From Macrostomum lignano (lineage: Eukaryota), in NCBI GenBank assembly GCA_002269645.1, contig NIVC01000099.1:124001-188000 (forward strand): a stretch of DNA of 64,000 nucleotides. Reading direction: 5' to 3'. The stretch's first letter is position 1; every line of letters starts with the position of its first letter. Shown here one piece after another: positions 37,664 to 48,764 of the stretch. The notes beneath the pieces are model-generated. The model saw only the letters and a program-made list of their open reading frames with translations. It made no database searches and was not told where the DNA came from. Both the position numbers and the translations under genes were made by a program.

Positions 37664-38382
37664 TGTCACGGTATCGTTCTCAACGGGTCAGGCGTGTGCA
37701 CTCACGGTATCGTTTTCAACGGGTCAGGCGTGTGCACTCACGGTATCGTTCTCAACGGGTCAGGCGTGTGCACTCACGGTATCGTTTTCAACGGGTCAGG
37801 CGTGTGCACTCACGGTATCGTTCTCAACGGGTCAGGCGTGTGCACTCACGGTATCGTTTTCAACGGGTCAGGCGTGTGCACTCACGGTATCGTTCTCAAC
37901 GGGTCAGGCGTGTGCACTCACGGTATCGTTCTCAACGGGTCAGGCGTGTGCACTCACGGTATCGTTCTCAACGGGTCAGGCGTGTGCACTCACGGTATCG
38001 TTCTCAACGGGTCAGGCGTGTGCACTCACGGTATCGTTCTCAACGGGTCAGGCGTGTGCACTCACGGTATCGTTCTCAACGGGTCAGGCGTGTGCACTCA
38101 CGGTATCGTTTTCAACGGGTCAGGCGTGTGCACTCACGGTATCGTTTTCAACGGGTCAGGCGTGTGCACTCACGGTATCGTTCTCAACGGGTCAGGCGTG
38201 TGCACTCACGGTATCGTTCTCAACGGGTCAGGCGTGTGCACTCACGGTATCGTTTTCAACGGGTCAGGCGTGTGCACTCACGGTATCGTTCTCAACGGGT
38301 CAGGCGTGTGCACTCACGGTATCGTTCTCAACGGGTCAGGCGTGTGCACTCACGGTATCGTTCTCAACGGGTCAGGCGTGTG
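37664..38382. repeat. Minisatellite, 36-bp unit CACGGTATCGTTCTCAACGGGTCAGGCGTGTGCACT
   Basis: About 20 copies differing only at one C/T position. Confidence 0.97.
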
Positions 38383-38514
38383 CCCACCGTTCGAGTGCGG
38401 CAGCAAAACACTGATGGCAACTAACAGCTGCATTTAACATATATGGAAATCCCAAGTCTTTTTAGTAACTTTCCCAGGCCAGAACAGTGAGTGTCCACTG
38501 AAATGAGCGGTTCG

Positions 38515-39108
38515 CTAGAGCAGGAAGCCGCCACCGGACACCTCCGTCCGGCGGGGACTGTCAACAAAGGACAACCAGTCGGACTCGTAGGTAGGCAGCA
38601 GGCCCATTGTGTGGCACTTGTACACCGCTAGCGCCAGCACGGCCAGGTTGCCAATCAGGTAGACGAAGCGCTGCAGGCAGGCCTGCCCGCCCTCGATCTG
38701 GGCGAAGGTGGCCTGCATGGCGAACACGGCCTGGATGGGGCGCATGAACAGCATCAGCACCATCATGATGGGGAATATCGATACGGAATTCCCAGCCATC
38801 CACATGATGAACAGATTCATTGGCAACTGTTTCAGCGGGCCGAGGGCCGCGTCCCAGCCTCTCTTGCTGATGAGGGCGCCGTCCGGCTCCCGGCCGCCGG
38901 CCAGAGGTGGTGGCCGGTCCATGTAGCCGGCCGGGGCGGCCAGCTGAGCAGTCGCCGTGCTCAGCGAATCGTAATGACGCGACTGGGAAGCTGGCGAGCG
39001 ATGATGAAGCAACGAGAATTCGATGGCCCAGCGCCTCCGTATGCCAACAGCGGCTGCCAATGAGGCAGAGTTGGGCACTGCCGCGGCTGCTGTCGGTTCG
39101 TTGCGCAT
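38515..39108 (-). CDS. EMC4: ER membrane protein complex subunit 4, single coding exon
   Basis: WAIEF, PAGYMD, KRGWDAALGPLKQLPMNLFIMWMAGNSVSIFP, AVYKCHTMGLLPT..SDWL, SGGG.LL. ATG 39108 is preferred over 39147 because a TTCAG acceptor lies between them. Confidence 0.93.
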   Translation of the reverse strand: MRNEPTAAAAVPNSASLAAAVGIRRRWAIEFSLLHHRSPASQSRHYDSLSTATAQLAAPAGYMDRPPPLAGGREPDGALISKRGWDAALGPLKQLPMNLFIMWMAGNSVSIFPIMMVLMLFMRPIQAVFAMQATFAQIEGGQACLQRFVYLIGNLAVLALAVYKCHTMGLLPTYESDWLSFVDSPRRTEVSGGGFLL

Positions 39109-42058
39109 CGCAGATTGAGCCGCTTCACAGCTGAAGCTATTGTTCATTTAAAATATTGTACAGCTGCAGTGCTTTACGCAAAAAGAGAAAGTCTAAGCCC
39201 GCCATTTGGCATCACACAAGAATCGAACTTTACTAGGGAGGGACCGCTGACCACCTTGACCTCCCAGGACCACTGCAGAAGGGGGGGCTGCTGCCCTCTG
39301 CTTACAATGCTGATACTAGTATTTCGATTTTAAGTTTATCTCAAGTTTCCAACTTCCGATACTAGTTTTTAAAAAATGTAAAACATCGCATTTTTCTCAC
39401 TGGGCAAATGTAAAACTAAAATATTAAGAGCCATTTTTTAAATTGAACGAACTTTGGAGATAGCATAATAGTTAATAATAAAAATCAATACAATTCAAAT
39501 TTATGCTGCTTGGTAAACTCAAGCAAAGCTATGATACCTTCAAGCCTAAGACACTTTGAATCCATTTAATTGGACTTAATAAAGACTTTCTGATGCTTTT
39601 TACTCTGTTTAAGTAAGTAACAAAAGTAAGCTGCATTTTAGCTAGTGTAATTTGGGGCTTTACATGTATGTGCAATAATAAATGACCTTTTTTGTCTTTT
39701 CCTATCAACTTTCTTTCCTGAATACTTCATAAATATTAAAGCCTTGGCTTGGACCCTGCCTAGTAGAAAAATGATAAATGCTTCTATCTTTATTGCTATT
39801 GGAATAAATAGAGATCTTTATTGATAGTCAGATACATAAATAAGGAAATCAATTGTCAAGTTTGAACATTCCTAAATTGAAGGATTCTAATATTCAAATT
39901 GCAAAAATCCTATTCTATAATTTAAAAGTAATAAAAATATATAGTAATGTTAACAAAATTTATATTGCCATGATCCTATGTAGTTAAGCACCTAAGAATA
40001 TCCTTTCCTTACATTCTTGCAAACTTGATAAGGTATCCAGACAAATTTTGTAGATATAGATCAAATATATATTTCATCATCTATAAATTCATCATCTAGA
40101 TTTATATATAAGTCATAAGATGCTGATTTTTCAAATTTTTTCTACATAGCCCACAATTTAGTAAGAAGGGCATCAGATATAGATAAGGTAAGCTATCCCT
40201 TGCCATAGACAACAAGTTTTTTCCTACAAAGATAATGTATCATTTTGACAATAATATGTCATTGCTGATATATTATTATTTATTTAAACTGTTGCCTCTC
40301 AATAATTTAATAGGCATCATAAAAATTAGCTTTAGATGTTATCACATAAAGTAAATAATCATATGATATTATAGACAATTTACTTACTTTAAAGTTCTAA
40401 GCCAAGTGCTATTAAACCAATGTTCTTTGTTTAACTTTAATCATTTTGTCAAAAATAGAAAATCATCTAAAAAGTCAAACAAGTATTCTGTGTTATTGGT
40501 ATTTATTGTAGTCAAAGCCATTATCAATATATGCATGATTTGTTATAGAGTCTAGGCCTATTAAAAATTACTATTTTAATTGTATTTCAAACTTTATATA
40601 TTTCATGGACAATAGATTATTTAATACATGCCTAGTTTATTTGCCAATTTGGCTTTTGTATTAAACAAAATTTTCAATTCTATCTTTTTAATAATTGAAT
40701 AGACTTTGCAATTTGCATTACATATAAAATATAAAAACAATACTAATGATAACAATAAAAAATATAGGTAAAAAATAGCATATATATGTGATAGTGCCTC
40801 CTTTTTCTAGCAATATCTGTATGCTCTGTTAATAGTATAGTATATTCTTTTTAATATTCATTTTCTATGATTACTTTTCTTAGAATAGGCTACATTCAAA
40901 TTTACACTAGAAAACAAACTTTTTGTTTAAATGTTATGTCCCAAAATACCAGTAATATTCTAATAATATTAAATTTCTAAAGGATTAATAGCCCCAATTT
41001 GGAAGCATTAAGAACCACTGAAAGCAAGAATTACTCAGTAGTGTAGTATAAGGAATATTGCCATAGAGCAGTAAAATTGCCTCAGAGCAATAAAACACCT
41101 AGAAGCTGTGACCCTCTGATCCCGGGAATGCCTTGGACTGAGAGAATTCCACTTTAGAAAGAGTAATTAGAAGTATAGAAATTGGGTTTAGTGTCAATAG
41201 ACCACACAGGCCAAGAAATAGTACATATGCTACTTGCTACTAGTAGATAAGTACATATACTATCAATAAGTACATTCATACACTACCAGTAATATTTGTA
41301 TACATGAAACATTAGTAAAAGCATATAAGTAATAGGAATATTAGGAGCCTTATGACAACTTAAGGTAATTTGACAAGACAAAAGTTAGCCCTAGCATAAC
41401 TTTGGTGGCTTCATTAGGAAACAGTGAGAATGTCATTAGGGGGCAGAACTTTTCCCCTACAACATATCAATATAAAAGTTTCCATGCTTTTTGGTGCCTG
41501 TGCTTTTTTGGTACCTGGTATTTTAGTACCATAGCTTAGTGTAAATACAAAAATTTTTCATAAAAAATATAATAAATACTTTACAACACTTCTGTCTTTA
41601 TCTAATGAAAGTGTTATTCTTTTCATTAATTTAATCCACTTTTTAATTTTAGAAAATCTCTCATTTTATTAAATTCTATTAGCTATATACTATTAGATAG
41701 ACTGTAAAAACCATTGCATTGATTCAACTCATGTAGTATTCAATGATCAAAATTAGAGTTCCACCATAGCTACAGATATGGCTATGGGAAGTTACAGATA
41801 TAGAGGTTTTTTGGCAAAGTATATGAATACAGATATGGTTACAGGAACATATATTTCCCATTTCTAGTTCTTGTATCTAGTAATACAACTCAACTAAGAC
41901 TTGAAAGATCATTGGGCTTGGGGCTGTTGATTTGATGGGAGTAGGGTAATAAAAATAACTTAATGTTGCCAGTTTTAAAATGAGGAGAACTTTTAAGTTG
42001 ATGGAATTTAGGACTCAAGCATTAACATAGATTTTCAATGCCATGTCCATATCAAAGT

Positions 42059-42239
42059 CAGTGGCAGATCCAGAGGGAGGAAGGGAGCAACCACCCCCTT
42101 TTTTCCTGTGGCTAAACTTGCATATAAGGGAGAATATTGCAATTTTAGGCTTATTTAGGGCTTATTATGGGCCAACCCAAAAAGTTGGACCAATCTGCCC
42201 AGGACTACCCCTACTTTAAAAATTCTGGAGCCACCACTG
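42059..42239. mobile_element. Decayed hAT-like MITE
   Basis: TIRs CAGTGGCAGATCCAGA vs reverse complement CAGTGGTGGCTCCAGA; TSD not recognisable. Confidence 0.55.
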
Positions 42240-42355
42240 GTTATAGTTGGGTAGAAGAGGCTAAAATAAAGATTCAAAATTTAAATTCATATAAATTCAT
42301 ATAAAGCATAAGAACAACTATGATAGTACTATGTCCCACAAACTGGCTTTCCAAG

Positions 42356-42630
42356 CAGGGATGGGCAGACTTTTACCTCAAAGGCCAGATAAAGAATCCA
42401 GCTCATGGCCAAGGGTAGATGAGAATAGAAAGAAGAAAGAATATACAATTTAAAAAGAGAGGAGAGACAAGATAGGGGATAAGAGAAAAGATACAAGAGA
42501 AGAAAGGAGAGGAGAAAGAGGAAAAAAGAAAAGATAAGAGAATAGAAAAGAAAGGAAATAGAAGAGAAGATAGAAGTTTCAAAGGATCCAAAGGACATAG
42601 AGAGAGAAGCCAATGCAGAGGCCAGAGTTT
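42356..42630. mobile_element. Decayed hAT/Charlie-like MITE with purine-rich interior
   Basis: Left CAGGGATGGGCAGACTT...AAAGGCCAGATA and right GGCCAGAGTTTGCCAATAC resemble CAGGGGT.GGCAAACT-type termini. Confidence 0.4.
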
Positions 42631-43414
42631 GCCAATACATGTTTTAGAGTCAGACAGATATTGCCTGAAATTCTGTGCAGCACCCCAGCCAACAATATCA
42701 AATTTTTGCCTCAAATCCTAATTTTATATGATTTTACTCCATTTTATGTTTACCTTTATTTTTTTTACACCAAGACTAAAATTGTTTAGTGAATAAAATT
42801 GTTTAGTGAATAAAATTGTTTTTTTATAAATTTTTTACACCAAGACTAAAATTTTATACGCCATTTTTTCAAAGCATATACATTTTTAAGAATTTAAAAC
42901 TTTTACTAAACTTTAAAATGGCTGTTTTTTTAAAACTGATATTCTTGGTTTTAATTTTGAGTTTCTCGTAATTGTGTTATTATTTTCTATTTTAGTTTTT
43001 GATTATTTTTAAAGAGCTTTTGACGTTGGTTGATATTTAAATAGCTACACAATTACATTAGCCTTGAACTTGGCTATTTTTTTGTATGCCAACTATGTAC
43101 ACTTACTGTTGAAATAGAAAATTCTATATACTAAATGTATGCCAAGATTGTCAGCAAGACCAAAAATATGCTAGAAAATTCCAGTATTAAGGCCACCTTC
43201 TGGACTATGGATTTTAAGTATGAATTACAATACAATAAGTTATTTAAAGCAAAACTACTGTTAAGCATTTTTAGATTAGGCCAAGGCCTACTACCTAATT
43301 ATATTTTTATCTGTTTTTAATTGATAATTTTGGTACCAAAAAGCAAATTGGATAACAAAATGCTAGGTAGGCTTACCACAAAGCACAAGTATCAAAAAGA
43401 GCTATCAATATGAA

Positions 43415-43827
43415 GGCGCATGACCAAGACCGCCACATACCAAGACCACCACAGCTCTTACTGACTATTGGAATTGAGGGGAAGCTACCAATCTTCCAGC
43501 ATTGCTATTGGTTATGATGGGTTGTGGAGTTAGATGAGGAGGAAGTGTCCTAAGATTGGTCACTAATAAGATGAATAAGTGGCCCAAAATGATTGCAAGT
43601 CAACCAGGACAATTTTAACAATTCAAATTAAATGAAAAAAGCCTGGCTCACTCACCTACCTAGCCAGGCTAGCCTGCTTACCAGTTCCTCTCTCGTGGCC
43701 TTGTCTTGCTGGCTCTCCCCATCTCACCCCTCCTCAGCCCTATCCAATAACATGGTGAGCCAAATTCCTCCCTCCTATCTCCCCCAAGTGTGGCAGTCTT
43801 GGTGTGTGGCGGTCTTGGTCCTACACC
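43415..43827. mobile_element. MITE with about 38-bp TIRs
   Basis: GGCGCATGACCAAGACCGCCACATACCAAGACCACCAC vs reverse complement GGTGTAGGACCAAGACCGCCACACACCAAGACTGCCAC; flanks AATATGAA/AATCTAAA (6/8 match). Confidence 0.7.
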
Positions 43828-46637
43828 AATCTAAATATACTAAATCTCTAATATTTGTATGCTTGTATGAATACTATAAATAATTAATAAGTTGGTGAAT
43901 CTGACCAATCTTATGTTCTATGCTCAACTCTATAACAAATTTGCTTGTGACAAATTTATCCTAGGCCATATAAAAGGCCTAAACAATTTTTATAAACACA
44001 AAATATTTAATAATAATTAGCCCGCCTAGTTGATACTTGATAGTTGATAAATACCAAAGCCAAGGGCAAGGCTTCATTCATGGCACTTTTACTTTAAAAA
44101 AATGTAATTAAACCGACAAAAAGTTGTTATATATATCCAATAGCCAATAGGCTCTTTCTATATGTCAACGCCTACTAGTGATTTCTACTACTAGGCCTAT
44201 GCTGCCAGTGTGCAGTCATTTCGTCTACCTATTTTAGGCCTAGATGGACGATGTAGACCTACCTATGACAGTATGAGTCTATGACCTAGTTCTTAATTGA
44301 GATTATTATCTACTCTTAGTATCTCTAAGCTAGGTCTAGCCTAGCTAACTTAACTACATTTATCGTTTTTAACCATTTTGAAACAAGCCCAGTGGAGTAG
44401 CGTAGCCAAGGTCATGACATGTGATGTGGCAATGGCATACGACCACATAACATAGCATGTTCAGTTTCATAATCAATGTCAATGAACACAAATTACAAGG
44501 ACAACTTTAAAAGCAAAACGAGGCAATTAAAAGGACAAATTGGTACAACAGGGGTGCTGTGGTTCTATTTCGTGACCCACATATTAGAAAATAGTACGAC
44601 AATGACTTGCAGACACAACCAGCTTCATTTTGTTCTAGAAAGACGGTGGTTTGAAACAAACGCAAAATAAAACAAAATAGACTATTTCTATACCTAGATG
44701 TCACGAAAATTTATAAGCATTAAAGAAAAAAATAGGAACCTTATTAGACCACATATTTTGTAACAGATAGGCTAAGCTAGAGTATTGTTGTATAAATATG
44801 TATAAAGTAAAGTGGTGCTGCGATCGTGGCAAGCTAGCAAGTGTAGCAAGCGCTCAAAAGACCAGCGTGCGCAGCATCCAGCTGCCGCTCCTGCAAGGTG
44901 GTCAGGGTTCACGTTTCAGCGTTGTAGATAATTTCAAATCTAACACTTAGCGCGCAACTACACACTTTGTAACTTAATTTAAAGGTCTTTAAAGCAAAAT
45001 AATACATGTACATGTACATAGCGAACCCCGGGGGGAACTATTTTAGCAGGATTACGATATTTAACATGATTATTCTGACATGCTTTATTGATTAGCTAGG
45101 GGTGTCAATTTTGGGTGGACAGCTATTGCAGCAATCTTATTGATCGGTTGATTTGCTTTGAATAGCGTAGTTATACTTTTTTCGTGATCTAATCGTCAGT
45201 GGGTTTAAAAGCATTGGTAATCTTAATTCTTTATGGAATATTCGACTTCTACTACTGTAAAATACAGTAAGACCGGGTAAACGTAAAACTTGGTCTCTGT
45301 CACTTTTGGCAGCTTATACGCGTTTGTCTCTGGGGCCTTTTGTTGTATTCTCGATCACTTTCGATAATATAGGTCTAGCGCGCGGTCTAGGGTTCTATAA
45401 ACAGCTCTTTATATCCTTTATCAGGCCGCCAGAGAAAACCGTATAAACTGACGGGATCTCCTAGTATCTAGGCTGAATTTGAATCTCACGAGTATTTCGC
45501 TCTGCGTAACTTTAAGGCAAATAATTGGGTTGAAGACTTGAATTTGAGCCAACTGGATAGTCCAGAGATCAATACAAAAGAAGCGAGTTGAGATCTGAAA
45601 ACTGCGCAGGAAAAAACGAAGCGCCGCTCCAGTTTGAGATTGGCGTCTATTTTATACCGATTGGCAATTTTGACCCCCCCGCCGTCGGTGGGGTGTCTTC
45701 GCGTGGTTAGCAAAGGCGGGGGATTAATTTTAAGCAATAAAATTCTGGGACTCAGTCCCCTAGTTGTACACGAATTTAGTTAGTTCTAGTAGGCTGCTAA
45801 GTGCGAGGGTTAGAGATTATTCAGGGTTTTGCAAATCTATGTGTTGAGTTGGATAAAATTTGGGATACGCTCGTAGAACGATTATAGAAAAAGAGCTTAA
45901 TTTTCCGTCTCTTAACTCTGTCCATGGATGATTAAACAGTCTCTCTCTCAGCTCTCGGTTGTCAAGCTGTTTGGGGTTGATCTCGCCTTCTTGGGCCGCT
46001 TCAGGTTGGGTAGGAATCTGTAGGTGGGCCTCACGTTTTCTCCCTCAGGGTGCGCCAGATTCTGCTGCGTGCCGCGTCGTTCTTTAAGTCAGGTCGCTGC
46101 TCAGTTTGCTTTTCCCAGCCGGTTTGAGTGCCATTGTTCCTGCGGCAGGGTGACGCTACTGACTGGAATGGAAAGGGGCTTTATTAGATTCGGCTATTCA
46201 AATTGACTTGACAATTGATTAATTATCTTAGAACTGCTTCTGTTTGCCCTTCTAATAGCTATCTAGGGGTTCCATTGTGTTTTTTCTGCCTCGGCCTTCA
46301 CTGCGGCTGGGCCTTTCATAAATTTCTACCTATCTTCTAACTTAGGGTTAAAACTTCAGATGTCTAACTCTTATATGATTCCCCTTTTTTTCGAAATCCT
46401 TGTGATAACAAGGATTTGGGTCCTCTATGCTAGAACTAAATCGCGTTGTCGGTGCGTATTTCATCAAATATAAGACGTTAGAAATCTGCAAAAGGTAGTA
46501 AACGTTGTATTAGGGATAGAAGAGGATGTGCTAGCAGAGGTAGATAAGTGATTGTGTCAGAGGATGGATTATACTTCAAGCAAAAGTTTCAAGCGTATAG
46601 TTTGTTTTATATAGCTCGTATGTTGCGCCGAGGCCGT

Positions 46638-46961
46638 TTAGTAGTATTCGTCCTTGACCGGGCCGTTGCCTATCTTCCATAGATATAGGCGGTAGCCCTG
46701 TGGTGAGGGCCATGGCCTAATGGTGGCGGCCGCCTCATATGGGCCCCCGTCCCATGGAGTCTTTCTGGGGGCCAGGATCACCCCCCAGTCGTTATAGTCG
46801 GCGGCCGTTTGTGTAGCCACGGAGTGGTCGCCATCGATATCGCACTCGGCGACCTGTGTTTGTGCGTCTTTCTTGACGCACTTCCGAAAGTGGAGGTCTA
46901 CGTCCACAAAAGCCTGGTCAGGTCGCCGGGTGTAAGCCTTTTCTGGTGTGTAGGCGGCCAT
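46638..46961 (-). CDS. Small 107-aa ORF inside the LTR-type element, unknown function
   Basis: ATG in AAAGATGG context 18 nt after a CTTATTTCTTTCCAG acceptor; non-repetitive; contains VATQT. Confidence 0.35.
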   Translation of the reverse strand: MAAYTPEKAYTRRPDQAFVDVDLHFRKCVKKDAQTQVAECDIDGDHSVATQTAADYNDWGVILAPRKTPWDGGPYEAAATIRPWPSPQGYRLYLWKIGNGPVKDEYY

Positions 46962-47356
46962 CTTTGTGCTGAGTGTGTGCTGGAAAGAAATAAGCGAGAG
47001 TATTCATTGATTATCACGTCTGGGGGTTTGGCGTGTGTTCTCATCTGCCTATCCTCCTTAGTGGGCCTACTTTACATTGGTTCTATCCTCTGCGTACATG
47101 GTGTGGCGAGTGCGGCGGGACGTGAGGGGTGGGGTTTTTAGAAGCTGGGTTCGGAGCCGTGCCGCGTCTGACGAAGGGGTCCTTTCCTTCCTAATCTTTC
47201 GATTCCTTTCAAAACGCGGCGCATGGAAGCGTGCCCCCACAATTTGACTATTCGGCCGATTTCTGCGCCGTAGATACTATCTAATCTCATCATGTCTGAG
47301 TTTACTGTGCGGAAGATAGTGCGTCTTGTTGTGAGCTGGAGCAGCGATTACGGGCC

Positions 47357-47551
47357 ATGGAAGATCGCTCTATTGGTTTAGAACGCTGGCTACTCAATCT
47401 GGAGGCTCGGTCGGCGGTTCAGGATGGCGGGCTGCGCGCTCTTCGCGGTTGGCTGAGCGGGGTGGGGGGCGGTGGCCTCCTACTGTTTGTCGCGCTTCTA
47501 CTGCTCCTAATCTGTCTTCTACGCCGGCGGTATCAGGGCCTGCCTGCTTAG
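47357..47551 (+). CDS. Small heptad-plus-transmembrane ORF inside the LTR-type element (antisense to the PBS orientation)
   Basis: CCELEQRLRAMEDRSIGLERWLLNLEARS, then LLLFVALLLLLICLL and RRR; the frame is open about 20 codons upstream of the ATG. Confidence 0.3.
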   Translation: MEDRSIGLERWLLNLEARSAVQDGGLRALRGWLSGVGGGGLLLFVALLLLLICLLRRRYQGLPA

Positions 47552-47683
47552 TAAGCCATGTAATTCCGTGGATTTCACGTCAACCTTTAATGACAATGTG
47601 TTCTCTTCAGTTCTGTTTTTATTTGTTATAAATACGGTTATAAATTCGGTACATCCAAGCATCAGTAAAGCATTAAATATCGC

Positions 47684-47738
47684 AGGATTCCTGGCTCTCA
47701 CCCAGGCGGCCCGGGTTCGACTTCCGGTCAGGGAACCA
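47684..47738 (+). tRNA. 5'-truncated copy of mature tRNA-Glu(CTC) ending in CCA; serves as an extended primer-binding site on the minus strand, not a functional gene
   Basis: AGGATT-CCTGG-CT[CTC]AC-CCAGG-CGGC-CCGGG-TTCGACT-TCCGG-TCAGGGA-A-CCA: perfect anticodon stem, T-arm and 3' acceptor strand; positions 1-20 absent. Confidence 0.85.
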
Positions 47739-47740
47739 CC

Positions 47741-48087
47741 TGTAACAGGTCGTTTATCGGTAGTCTCTGAAGGCCTCTCACGCCAACTACCTTACACGCC
47801 TGCTACCCCTCTGCCGGCGTGTAACCTGCTACTACCCTGCCTGCTACCCCTCTGCTTAAACTTTACTCAACTCGGCAGTGGAGAGCCTCGGCTCTTTCAA
47901 TTGCAATTGTATTTATAACGCTCGGCATTGTGCTCGGGGGCAGTGTTGGGGTGGTGGCGTGATATTTTTCCGCCCACCCATCTTATTTGCTTTTTTGCAT
48001 AGATAGCTAGTTAGATGAATTAACACAGAGAGGGCACTGCGTGGTCTGCGTGGCTGTTTTAGTGCTGGCAAATGCGTGGGTCTAACA
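47741..48087 (-). mobile_element. LTR (347 bp), 5' LTR of a minus-strand element
   Basis: Minus strand begins TGTTAG and ends TTACA, with a GGGCGG box, TATAAATA (47917-47910) and AGTAAA (47867-47862), followed after 2 nt by TGGTTCCCTGACC (tRNA-Glu 3' complement). No matching second LTR in the window. Confidence 0.72.
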
Positions 48088-48563
48088 TTAAATATCTATG
48101 GTAAGTTTGTAATAGCATATCAGCGTTTTGAACGCTGATAACAGCTCATCGATAAAGAACTTAAATTAACAATATTGAAAAGTCGCGAAAATGGTCACTG
48201 GTCAGATAGTCATATTCCATTTCGTCATACCGGATGACGAAGTGACCAGGAGCAAAGTAGCTTTGAAAAATAATATGACGAAGTGACCAAATATTTAGTT
48301 ATGCTGGATACTTCGTCATCAATCAATCAGTGAAATATATGGGGGATGCTTTTAACGTAGATAACAATTATGCACAAAAAATAAACCAGAAATTGGTATC
48401 CGGCCTTTCACATCTACCAATCAGAAAAAAATAGTCGAATAGACACCGAATCTTTTAGATATTAAAAATTTTATAAAACTTTCAAGAACATATTCTTTTG
48501 CCATGAATTAGAAAATTCTCCACGCAACACCCTTATACAGTACGCATAACGTATTTCTTTACA

Positions 48564-48764
48564 ATGCCGGATAAACGTAGACCGCGAAAGTGCAAGAATC
48601 AATTGTGTGTTGCGTGCTCAAAAACAGTGCGCAATGATGATGAAGCCATTTCGTGTGACGTCTGCAAGAAATGGCAACATCGCTGCTGCGGAACAGGTGT
48701 GTCGAAAAAAGACTACAAGATGCTAATAATGCAGGATACAGCATTCATGTGGATATGCACTAAG
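48564..48764 (+). pseudogene. PHD-finger N-terminus of the MULE transposase, truncated by LINE insertion
   Basis: CVAC...ISCDVCKKWQHRCC...WICTK, lacking the last Cys; LINE sequence follows. Confidence 0.7.

Larger units (their letters stand above)
39450..44150. other. AT-rich, CpG-depleted non-coding block with decayed MITEs
   Basis: One CG (41123-41124) between 39450 and 42858 by manual scan while GC dinucleotides are common; about 10 CGs in 42859-44170; no credible ORF. Confidence 0.9.

Noticed and set aside
1322-38382. Regular short repeats as CRISPR arrays
   Set aside because: Units are contiguous with no unique spacers, lie in spliceosomal introns or spacers, and no cas genes are present.
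33862-38437. ORFs 33862-34494, 36099-36818, 37640-38437
   Set aside because: Translations of 16-, 31- and 36-bp minisatellites.
44210-44291. Mutator-like terminus GTGTGCAGTCATTTCGTCTAC as another element end
   Set aside because: No convincing partner TIR or TSD found; kept only as a possible fragment.
47684-47738. Functional tRNA-Glu gene
   Set aside because: Lacks positions 1-20 (5' acceptor strand and A box) and a downstream T-run terminator, and encodes CCA.
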